Positions 19,101-31,100 of a stretch of DNA of 64,000 nt are shown piece by piece. The stretch comes from Sminthopsis crassicaudata (lineage: Eukaryota): NCBI RefSeq assembly GCF_048593235.1, contig NC_133620.1:276287765-276351764 (forward strand). Direction: 5' to 3'. Position numbers and translations under genes: made by a program. Position 1 is the stretch's first letter. Each line of letters begins with the position of its first letter. A model generated the notes under the pieces. It ran no database searches. It saw only the letters and a program-made list of their open reading frames with translations, and had not been told where the DNA came from.

Positions 19101-22100
19101 AAGAACAAGAATTCAAATATTTAAAATGATCTTTTCTTAGAAAAAGAAATTGTGCAAACAATGAGCATCCCCCAAAAAGCCCCAAGACTAGGTGAATTTA
19201 GAAGCAAATACTCTCAAACATTTAAAGAACAATTCAAATACTACATAGACTGGTCAGAAAATATAGTTAAAGAAGTCTTACTAAATTCCTTCGATGACAC
19301 AAATATGGTCTTTATAAATTAATTCAGAGAGAGCTAAAACAGAAGGAAACTATAAGCCAATTTCCTTAATGAATACAGTAATACATCATAAAGATGATAC
19401 ACCACTATAAATAGGCTGTATTCATACCAGAAATGTAAAGCTAGTTCAATCTTAGGAAAACTGTAAAAATAATTGACCATATTGATAATAAAAACAACGA
19501 AATCTTGATTATTTTAATAGATACTGAAAAAAACTTTTTGAAAAAATACACCATTCTACACAGCAATATTGTAAAAAGAAAAAATAATAATATTTGAAAG
19601 ACATAGTAACAGATAAACACGATGTATTACAATTAAAACCAAAGGCTTCATGTTGAAACAAGCTATCCACCTCTGTTCAGAGAATTGATGGATATAGAAT
19701 CCAGATTAAAACCGATTTCCCCCATTTTCTTGCTTTGGGAGGGGTGATAGAAGAGAAAATGTGACTAATATGGAAATTCATTTTGTATGACTATACATAT
19801 TTGTAATAGGTTTTGTTTTTCTTGACTTCACTGCAGGGGGGAAAAGAAAGAGGGAATTTGGAATTAAAAAAAGAATTTTAAAAAGTTTCTATGCTTAAAA
19901 AATATTAAAAGAAAGAATAGAATAGAAGTTAGGGGAAAAATACATCCACTCTGAATTAAAAAAAAAAAACACTAGAAAGTGTAAAAAATGAAGCTTTTTT
20001 AAAAATAATAAATACTAAAAAAAAAAAAATAAAAAAAGATACTGAAAAAGGGGCAGCTAGCTGGCACACTAGCCCTGAAGTCAGGAGAACCTGAGTTCAA
20101 ATTTGATCTTAGTCACTTAATACTTTCTAGTTACGTGACCCTGAGCAAGTCATTTAACTCTAATTGCCTCAGCAAAAAAAAAAAAAAAAAAAAAAAATTA
20201 AATTAAATTAAATTTTAAAAATTATAAATACTAGTTATCTAAAACCAAGAGAGCATGATTTGTATTATGAATACGTTAAAAGCCTTTCCAATCAGATCAG
20301 TCTTTTTTTTTTTTTTTTTTTTTTAAGGACAGTAGAGATGTTCATTTTTACCATTACTTTCATTGTTGTACTACAAATGCTAGCTATAGTAAAAAAGAAA
20401 AGAAAAGTAAATTATAGGAATAAACAGAGAAAAAGAAATAAACTAGCCCTTTTTGGAGATGATACAACCATTTGCTTAGACAATCCTAGACAGTCAACTA
20501 AAAAATTATTGAAACAATTAAAAACTTTAGCCAAGTTGAAGGATAAATAATAAGCCTGCAGAAATCATCCTCATTTCTGTATATTATCAATAAAATCCAG
20601 GAGGAAGATAAAGAAAAATTCTATTTAAAATAATTAGAGACAGTATAAAATACTTGGAAGTCTGCCTGCTAAGACACGTAGAAACTATATGAATGCAATT
20701 TTAAATTATTAGAAAAATATTAATTACTCATGGATAGACTGAGCCAACGTAACAGAATTGATGTTATTACCTAAATTATTGTATTTATTCAATGCCATAC
20801 CAATCAAACTATTAAAGGATTATTGGTAGAACTAGAAAAAATGACAAAATTCACCTGGAGAAACAAAAAAATCAAGAACATAAATGGAATCAAATTTTCT
20901 AATGTAAAGGAAGGAACCTAGTAATATAATCTTAAATTACTCTACCAAGGTGTAATTGTTTAAAAAAAAAAAAAAAGTTTGGTACTGGGTAAGAAATAGA
21001 GTGGTTGATCAGTAGAATAAGTTAGGTATATAACATACAGAAAAAATGAGTACAATAACCTAGTTTTGGATAAGCTCAAAGATCTCATGTATTAGGGCAA
21101 AACATCACTATTTTACAAAAAGTGTTAAGAAAACTGGGAAAACATTTGACAGAAACTGGATATAGGCTAATATTTGCAATGTGTAATAACCAAAACTGCA
21201 AATAAGTGCACAATTCAGACATAAAGGGTGATATCATAAGTAAATTAGAGGAGCATGGAAAAAATAAACTTTCAAATCTATAGCTAGGGGAAGAGATCAT
21301 GACCAAGCGAGACCTTTGCATCAGAGAAAGCAAAATGGACAATTTTGATTACGTAAAATTAAAAAGGATTTGTACAAACAAAACCAATATAGTTAAAATT
21401 AGAAGCAAGAAATGGTAAGTAGGTTGGGAGAAAGTAAGAGGGAGAATGGCTTTCTGCATCATGTTTCTTTGATAGTCTAAGATATACATGGGGGAACTGA
21501 GTCAAATTTATAAGAAGAACCATTTCCTAATTGATGAATGATCAAAAGATACAAATAGGCAGTATTTGTATCTTCCTACAGATACAAAGAAAAAATAAAA
21601 TATAGCCATTTGAAAACAGTGCCCTAAATTAATAATTGAGAAATTCAAATTAAAACAACTCCGAGGTACCAAATCACATCCATCAGATTGACTCAATTGA
21701 CAAAAAAAAAAAAAAAAAAAAAGACAAATGCTGGATTGAGCTGGGAGAAAGCATGTACTTTAATGCACTGTTGGTACTTTAATGCAGCTGTGGAATGATA
21801 TGACTATTCAGGAAAACAATTTGGAAATATATCCAAAAATGTATTAAACTGTATGTCCTTTGACCCAGCAATACCACGACTAAATCTATATTCCAAAAAA
21901 GTTCAAAGAAAGAGGAAAAGCAGTCATATATACAAAGATCTTTGTAGCAGCATATTTTTGGTGATAGCAAATTGGAAACTAAAGGGATGCCCATCAGTTT
22001 TAGAATGGCTGAACAAGTGATGTTTTATCAATGTGATGGAATAATATTATTCTGCATGAAATGAAGATGATTGTTTCAGAAAAACTAAGGTAGATGTTTC

Positions 22101-25100
22101 CTATGGTAGGAAAGCTGGGAAGTAGGAACCAGGCGCTCTATGAGAAGGGAACTGGTATGTTCAGAAAGATATAGAGAGGCACATATTGTGATGTCCTGGA
22201 GGGGAGGGAAATAGAAAGACATCCAGAAATACCTTTCCCTAAGGGTGTTTACATGGCTCAGTGGATAGAGCACTAGCCCTGGAATCAAGAGGATCAGGGT
22301 TCAAATCCAACCTCAGACGCTTAACACTTACTAGCTATATAACCCTGGGCAAGTCATCTAACCCTAAATGATTCTCAAAAAAAACAACAACAACAACAAC
22401 AGCATGATCTCCCAGCTACAATAACTTCCAGCCCCTGCAGGCCCTGTGTAATATGTTTTCCTTCCTGTTTTTTGACAGCCTGTGGAAGAAGAAGCCCTTG
22501 GTGAACTCAAAGTATCTGTGGAGTTGGCAGAGAAGCTGGTCCAGGCACTCAGTAAGCAGGCTCGAGGCAGCACCCACAATGACCTGCTTAGTTCGATTGT
22601 TTACAACAAATTCAGGTTACAGCCTGTGGGGAATTCGGCCAACCCTACTCCTCCTGAGCCTCATCTGGACACCTGCAGCCCTGAGGCCCCATTTCCAGAT
22701 ACCAAATCAGAGGTGGAGATGAAGGGGCAGATTAAATCACTAGGGGTGGAGGAGTCATCAACAGCACTGGAAGGTAAGACAAGCCCCTTTTTGGGAAATG
22801 TAATAGGTAATATCCAGTAGAGAAGGCAGCTGGGAAGAGACTGGGGAGGTAATATCAGGTGTTATCAAGGGAAATTTCTGATTTAAGAGCAGAAGGAAAG
22901 GATGTGATTATAGATAAATAATTTTTAGAAATGTTGAAATTGTGGGTGGAAGGTGGCTTTTTTTGCGTTATTGTTTTTGGTGAAGAAATTGACAATTTGG
23001 GGGAAAAGAGATAATTTGTACAGTGTATTTTTTTTTAACATTTTATGGAAGTCTCTTTGTTAATTTAAGAATGTATAATGTGCTCCATAGTACATATTGC
23101 ACTTCATCTATAAAATCATATTTTTTGGTTTTTTGGTGTTTTGTTTTGTTTTGTTTTTTTCTGTTGGAACATGTAAAGGCTATAGAGGCAAAAGCCTGGC
23201 AAAGTTTGGGGTGGGGTAGGTAATCAGCAGGGAACAATAACATTTGGCCCCTGACTTTTGAATGGAAGGTAACCAAAAGATGCTTTGTTCCCCTGATTCA
23301 TTTATTGAAGGGGAAAAATGTTTCCAGTTTATTTTTTAGGGTCTTCATCTCTCTAAGTCTAGCCAACTCTTGTCACCCCCTTTCTTCACCCTATGTTTGT
23401 TGGGGCTGCAGCTGAGCTGCTGTTTCGGAGCCTTGTGGGGGCTGCAGAGCCCTCTGGACAGCTGCTCCTGGAGCTGGAGCTAAGCATATGCCAGGAGGGC
23501 ATTGGGGAGGGTCAAGTGAGCCGGCTCCTGAGGCAGCTTCAGCACCAGCCCCAAGCCTTCCTGCTGCTGCTACAGAGCCTGGAGACCCCCGAGAACAAGG
23601 CCCTTCAAATGACTGGGCTGAGGTGAGGGGATGTGGGTAGGGGTGGGGGCAGTCAGGAGTTTGGAAGGAAAACAAGGGAAGTAAATAAGCAAAGAGGACT
23701 ATATCAGTCCCATGAAGTTGTATTCTTGCCTCAGAGGCAATTAAGTGGTTAGAGTGTTAGATTCAGGAAGACCTGAATTAAGATCCTACCCCATATACTT
23801 ACTAACAGTATGGACCTGGAAAAGGTCTCTGCTTATAACCCCATTTGAAAAAAAAAACAAAAAAAAAAAAACAACTTTCCAGGGTTGTTGTATGAGATGA
23901 GATAACATTTGTAAAGTACTCTGCATACCTTAAAGTGTCATATAAATGTTGGCGATTGTTATTACTGTTATTCATCTGGTAAACTGGTAGTTTTATCTTT
24001 GTGGACTCTAGCTAAAAAGCTGGAGGTGGAGTCCTGGGAAGGAGTCTACATCAATCAACAGACTGCAACCTCACACCAGAGTGGTTAGGCAGGCTCTCTC
24101 TGATGTGCATGCACAGCCTGCATGCCCATTCTCAGAGGTATAACAGGCAGATGGTCGTGCACATCTGCAAATGTGCAACAGCCCCACTGCTGCCCAAGAC
24201 CTCCTCTAGGTACTCTGAAAAAACAAAAAGGCAGCAAAAAAGAAATATAGGATTTTAGAGTTCATCTCATTCAGTGCCCTCATTTTAAAAGGGGAAGAAA
24301 TGGAAATCCAGAAAAATGAAATGGAGACACAAAGGATAACATACTGAGTAAATGACAGAACTAGGTCTAGAACCTAGATTTGCTGCCCCCAAATCCAGGA
24401 TTCTTTCCATTTGGTTGTGCAGACATCTGAGTATTTGCACAAACTCCTCCTTATCGAAAACAGAATTGAAATGTCAGAGCTCGATGGGATCTTAGAATTA
24501 GAATATTCCTGCACAGAACACAGGATCTGGGAGGGATTTTAGAATATATAACATTACAAGATAGACTATACAGTATCAGAGCTTTTAGTATAAAATGTCA
24601 TAGTTAGAAAATACTTTACAACATCTAGTCCAAACCTCTCCATTAGGGTCAGCTGGGTGGTTCAGTGGTAGAGTGCTAGCCTTAGTTCAAATCCAGCCTC
24701 AAATACTTTCTCACTTTGTGACCCTGGCCAAGTCACTTAACATGCTTGCCTCAGTTTCCTCACCTGTAAAGTGAGAATAATAATACTGATCAAATAAATT
24801 TTGTATAAGCAAATTGCTGGTTTCCAGTCATTGTAACCCAACCCATATTTCACCCAACCCATCCTTTCTCTCTTCGGAGTGTAAAGTGGGAAGTGGAGTT
24901 TTGAAGTATAAAAGAGGGTGACAAATATGGTCCTGACATTCAATCTACGTGTCCATCTTCTCATCTGAAACCCTTCTTCCTGGACTCTCAGAATACTGAG
25001 CTGTCTCCTGGATGTCTCTGTGGACTCAACTCTTCCTTGGCACAAAGTGGCCTCTTCGTGTTTGGCCAGCCTGAGAACACTCAGCAAAGACCATGAGGTA

Positions 25101-28100
25101 CCTAGAGGGTAGGGGCCGGAGAAAGTCCAGAGATTCCTGGAGCATTGGCCACCCTGGGGGTTCTCAGTTTTCACACAGCCAAATGCACCCATGGATACCT
25201 GGGTGGTGTTCTTAGTAACCTCAAGTAGGAGGAGCTTGTGGGTAAGGAGAGCTGAGCCCCAGGCACCCCTAGATGGGTACTGGATATGTAGCCCATTACC
25301 TGGCACACAGCAAGTGCTTAATAAATGCTTGTCAATTAGTTGCTTTGAATGGAAAGTGGCAGAATAAGGCTTATCTTCCTCTTGGCAGAATGGTCAATAG
25401 GGCATCCAAAGCAAGAGGGCTATCCTCCTGGCATCAGTAACAATTTTGATCCCTCCCTGCCTCGATATCCATTCTAGGTGGTCCAGGAGTTAATCTGTTT
25501 CCTGCATCGCCTGGTCACACTGCACAAGGACTGCGCAGTGGTTCTGTGCCAGCTGGGAGCTCGAGAGATTCTCACCAAGGCCCTGGACAAGCACAAGGAA
25601 CACCTGTTTCTGGGCTCTGAGCTCCGAGATCTCGTAGGCGAGTATGAGAAGCACGCCCAGCTTTACAGCAACCTCACCAAAAGCATCTTGGCCGGCTGCA
25701 TCCAGGTTAGGAGGAGTATAGATGAATGGGATAGAACTGGGGAGGAGATGGAATGGAGGCAGGTAGAGACTGGGGAGAAGACAGATAAGGGGTAGGAGAT
25801 GAGGCTGGGTGAGAGTGTGAGTTTAGAGCAAGAGAGGAAGGGGAAGGAAAGAAGAAGAGCACATGAGCCAACTACCTAGTTTGGTGAAGGGGAGCTGGCC
25901 TAATCTGATTGATCAGAGTTTATTTTTTTCTGTGCCTGATTTCATTTTTAAAATTTATTTTGAACTTACATATACATACATACATATATACATATACATA
26001 TATATATAATATATATTGAATTTAAACACCAAATAAGACAGGCATTTACATACACATAGTAGAATAGAAAAAGAAGCTTTATATGAGAAACTACAATTCT
26101 ATGTTGTTAACACCTTGATTTTTTTAAAAGTAAATTTAATTTTTTTTTCAATGAATAACAATCCAACATTTCTCTTCCCTGCCCATCTCCACACCTCACT
26201 GTTAATTAAAAAAGAGAAACAAAACCCTATAACTAACATAGTTTAGTCAAGCAAAACAAATTACTGCACAGGCCATGTCCAAAACAAAAATCTTGATTTA
26301 TCCCCTGAGTCCATCTGTCTGTTGTCAATTTCCTATGATTTAGATGGGGGGGAGTGAACAGAATTGCTTTATACCTTGACCTTTTCCAATACAGATTTAT
26401 TTTTGTCACTGTGCTCCTTCCTGTCCCTCTATGTTGCCTCCATCCTTGTGGTCTTACTACAGATGGTGCTCGGCCAGATTGAAGAGCACCGAAGAACCCA
26501 CCGGCCCATTAACATCCCTTTCTTTGACGTCTTTCTCAGGCATCTCTGCCAGGGTCAGTGTCCTCCACCTCCCTCGGGCTAGGGTCAATGGCTGTCTCTC
26601 CCAGCTCCAACTCCCAGCCCGATAACATTGCCACTCCTCCCTTGCTCCAACAGCAGAGATTATGATTCTCCTTATAATTCTCTGTCCTGTGTCCTTTCCT
26701 CAACCAGACAAATTTGTTCTTTCCTTCCTATTTGGCCCCAGGCTCTGATGTGGATGTGAAGGACAAGTGTTGGGAGAAGATGGAGGTGTCGTCCAATTCT
26801 CACGGGGCCAGCAAACTGACTGACCGAAACCCCAAGACTTACTGGGAATCCAGCGGCACTACAGGGTCTCACTACATCACATTACACATGCACCGAGGGG
26901 CTGTTGTCAGGTGGGGCAGGACACACATACACACAGACTCCATAGGTTAAAGGAAGTCTTGAAAACATCTTTTCTGTGCTATGCACAAATATGCTGTTAC
27001 ACTGCCTGTGCCTTAGTTTCTCTCTATCTGCCTTTATCTCTTTCTCCGTCTCAGCTCCATTAAAATTGGAGTTCTCACCTAAAACACGTTCTCTGTCTCT
27101 GTGTGTATCTCTCTCAGACACACACACACACCCTCCATAGTCTAGAAATACACTCGAAATTTCTGTGCCTTGGCTTGAGGGAAAAGCCAAGGTAACGGGG
27201 TTTTGTGAGCCTTCCTGTGGATCTGGTCACTGATGAGTTTCTTTCCTCTTATTTCCAGGCAGCTGACTCTCCTGGTGTCTAAGGAAGACTCAAGCTACAT
27301 GCCAGCCCGGGTGGTGGTGCTGGGAGGAGACCAAGCTCGCTCTGTCAGCACAAAGCTCAGCACTGTGAGCATCACTTCCCTGCCCCCACTTACATCTACC
27401 TATTCTTGGCTTCATGTGGGGAGAACCCAGGACCCCAGTGAACTCATGTGTCCTATTCCACAAGGAGAGAGGATTTGCCTCTTTCCTGAATGGGACAGAA
27501 CCAGAGTTCTAGATTTCAGAAGATCTGTAGAATCTGGGGAGGGGGTGGCAGTGAAGGAAGTGAAAGTGTCAGGAACAGGAGACAGAACTTTTTTTGCTTC
27601 TCTGTCATGAGGATTACAAACTCCTCTCAACCCAATGCAGGTAAACATCATGCCTTCTGACACTCGGGTGCTTCTTCTGGAGAACATGACCCGCTCCTGG
27701 CCCATCCTACAGATCCATATCAAACGCTGCCAGCAGGTAAAGGGGCTGGCATTGAGAGAGGGAAGAGGGAGTAGAGAGAAAGGGGTAAAGCCATTCCATG
27801 ATATTGAGACTGTGGAAGGGGAGGGGGAAAAGAGAGACAGAGAGAGGGAGGGAAGGAGAGAGAGGGAGAGAAACAGAAAGAGAGACAGAGACAAAGAGAG
27901 ACAGAGATAGACAAAGAGAGAGACAGAAACTGAGAGAGGGAGAAAAAGAAGGAGAGAGGGAGGGAGAACAAGAATGTATCTTAGGCAAGGGGATTTGAAT
28001 GGAGCTGACTCAATGTAAGCTTCCTGAGGGTTGGGACCTATTTATTCACTTTCCTGTATATAACAGGCATTTTAATACTAGTTTATTTAATTTAATTGGT

Positions 28101-31100
28101 TGAGAAGAAGTCCAATGAACAGTATAGTCCTAGAAATATGGGAGATGTATTGAGAAGATTGTGATATTTGGAATCAGTTGATAAGAGTTGGAGCATCTAG
28201 ATGTCATAATACAAAGAGCTGGAATCAAAAAGACTTGAGTTCAAATCCAGCCTCAGACACTTGGTGATCCTGGGCAAGCTATTTAACTGATATTTGCCTC
28301 AGTTTCCTCACCTATGAAGCTGGTAAAATAATAGTTTTTAGCACACTGCCTGGCACATGATAACATAGTAATAAAGTTAACTGCTGCTGCTACTATTACT
28401 TTTATGAAGTTTGGATTCTAATCTTGATTTTACCACTTACTACCTGAGAGACTTTGTATAAATAATTTCATTTTTCTAGGATCACAGTTTCCTACTCTGA
28501 GAAAAAAAAAAAAAAAGAGGGTTGGATAAAATAATAACTAGCTCTAGATAGGGCAGATAAATGGCACAGTAGACAAAGTGCCAGGCTGGAGTCAGGATAA
28601 CTTGAGTCCTAATCCAGCCTCAGACACTAAACACTTCCTACCTCTGTGATCCTGGGCAAGTCACTTAGCCCCAGTTGCCTTCAATGGCAGGGAGAAGGAT
28701 TTGGGGAGGGAGCCTGGCTGCTGCAGAAAGTCACTGACAGTCACATGTTTCAGGGGGGCATTGACACCCGTGTGCGAGGGGTGGAGGTTCTGGGCCCCAA
28801 ACCCACTTTCTGGCCACTGTTCCGTGAGCAGCTGTGTCGCCGCACTCACCTTTTCTACACTGTTCGAGCCCAAGCCTGGAGTCAGGATATTGCTCAGGAC
28901 CGGAAGCGCCTGCTGCAGCTCTGCCCTAGGTGTGGAGAGGGACATCCGGGGGGAGGGGGACTGGAGCAGGTGTGGTGCGGGTGTGGGGGTATGGGGGGAT
29001 GGGGGGGAAAGCAGGACAGAAGGGAAGAGGATGGGGGTGGGATGAGAGTCACAGCCTGGGAGAGTCTGGAGGATTCAGAGAGGGGGATAGGGCATTTCTG
29101 GGGGGGTGAGGCCCTCCTGATGTCTGTGGGGGCCTCTTGATATGGGAACATTCAGGGTATTGTATTGAGGGATAGTCTTGGGGCCAGGGGCTCGTGCCTC
29201 TAGCTCCTGACCCTGTCACCAGACTGAACGGGGCTTTGCGCCATGAGCAGAGTTTTGCAGATCGATTCCTCCCTGATGATGAGGCTGCCCAGGCATTGGG
29301 AAGGACCTGCTGGGAAGCCTTGGTCAGCCCCTTGGTACAGAGCATCACTGCCCCTGGTAACTATCCCCTTGCCTCTCTCCCAGAAACTGCCCCTGGTAAC
29401 TTGTACAAGTTCTGCTCTGGGAACTTCTCCTCAAAAGGTGTCCCTGGTAGCCATCCTGTAACATCTTCCCCAGTGACTGCCCCGGGTAACCATCCTATAA
29501 CTTTTACTTTGATACTTTTTTTCAAGAACTGCCCCTAGCAGTAATTGCTCAGCCTCTATCCCATCAATCAGCCCATAATTTGTTCTTTTTTCCTGATCTT
29601 TACCTGCTGTTTGTTCCCATATTGCAGTGTCTTCCTGAACTGTCTTCCCTTCTCAGATGGCAGTGGGGTGAGCCCCCTGGCCTGGCTGCTGAGCCAGTAT
29701 CTGGAGCACAGAGAGAAGGTCCAGCACAAACCGGAACAAACAGATGCTTTTACCTCTCGTGTCCGATGTCTCACTCACCTCCTGGTGCATGTGGAGCCTC
29801 CCTCGGGTCTCCAATCTAAGTTACTCACCTGGCCTAGTGAGTCTTTGGAAATGTCATCTTTGGGGAGAGAATGGCACCCACCTCCCTCCTTAAGTTTTTT
29901 TCCTTTAATTTGAAGCATTTGGGGTTAAATAACTTCCCCAGATTCACAGAGTTAGTGTTAAGTGTCTGAGGCCAGATTTGAACTTGTTTCTCCAGGAAAG
30001 TACCAGGACAGGTACTTTATCCACTGAGCCACCTAAGCTGTTCCCTCTCTTTACTTTCTCTTCCATGGTTTTATCCCTTTGATGGTCCTGGTTCATGCTG
30101 TCAATTCTTGGTGATGGTCTTCCTATTTCTGGCCCTCATCCTGGAATGCTGGGGAGGGGGGGCTGGACTGAGGACAGCATCCTAGGACTTTTTTTCCTTC
30201 TTTCTCTTTCTCCATAGATGGCAAGAATAGTAAGAGTCGGGAGCTGAACTCGGGGGCTGGACTGGGACCTCCTGGTGGCAGCCTGAGGGGTATCACCCAG
30301 TGTTGGAGGGGAGTGGTACAAGAGCAGGTGGGCAGGGTGGGGGCTGGTGGGTGTGGGGAAGGCCTAGAGGAGCCCGGCCGCCCCTTCATGCTCCCGCCTC
30401 CTGCCCTCAGGTGAGCAGGTTTCTGACAGCGGCCTGGCAGGCCCCGGACCTCGTGCCCAGCTACTGCGACATCTATGAGCGGCTCCAGAGTGCTGGGGCG
30501 GAGCTCTTTGGGCCACGGGCAGCCTTCACGCTGGCCCTCCACCAGGGCTTCTCTGGAGCTCTGCTTCAGCTCTCCTTCCTCACTGCTGCCCACGTGAGTC
30601 CTCCTTGTTTTCCTCCCCTGCCCCCATTCCCAGTGCCCTCCATTCTTCCCATCCTTCTGCCCCCTTTCCACTCCCTCCGCCTTCTGTCCCCGTGCCCAGG
30701 TGAGTGAGCAGTTTGCCCGGCACATCGACCAGCAGATCCAGAGGAGCCGAGTGGGTGGCCCTCAGGGGGAAGAGATGCTGGGCCAGCTGCAGCGGAGCCT
30801 GGAGCCCATGATGGTCCTGTCTGGCCTAGAGCTCGCCACCACCTTTGAGCACTTTTACCAGTGAGTGAGGGGGCCTCTGAGAGCCGGCGGGGGCAGCAGG
30901 GACGGCACCAGGGGAGGGAATCGTGGCTGAATGGGGACTCTGGGGGGGGCCTTCCAGACCCGAGGCGTGAAGCAGCTAGGAGGGCAGAGAGTCCGTCCTC
31001 AGTAAGGCCTGGGCTACATGCGCTGCAGGTACTATCTGGCAGACCGCCTCCTGAGCCTGGGCCCGAGCTGGCTGGAGCGGGCCGTGCTGGAGCAGATTGG

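Noticed and set aside
16073-21994. Numerous 60-96-aa ORFs within the large CUL7 intron
   Set aside because: Fragments of a degraded L1 or its antisense; not host genes.
24737-25306. 189-aa minus-strand ORF
   Set aside because: It overlaps the 106-nt CUL7 exon 24992-25097 in antisense and ends in a MIR-like repeat; no protein family recognised.
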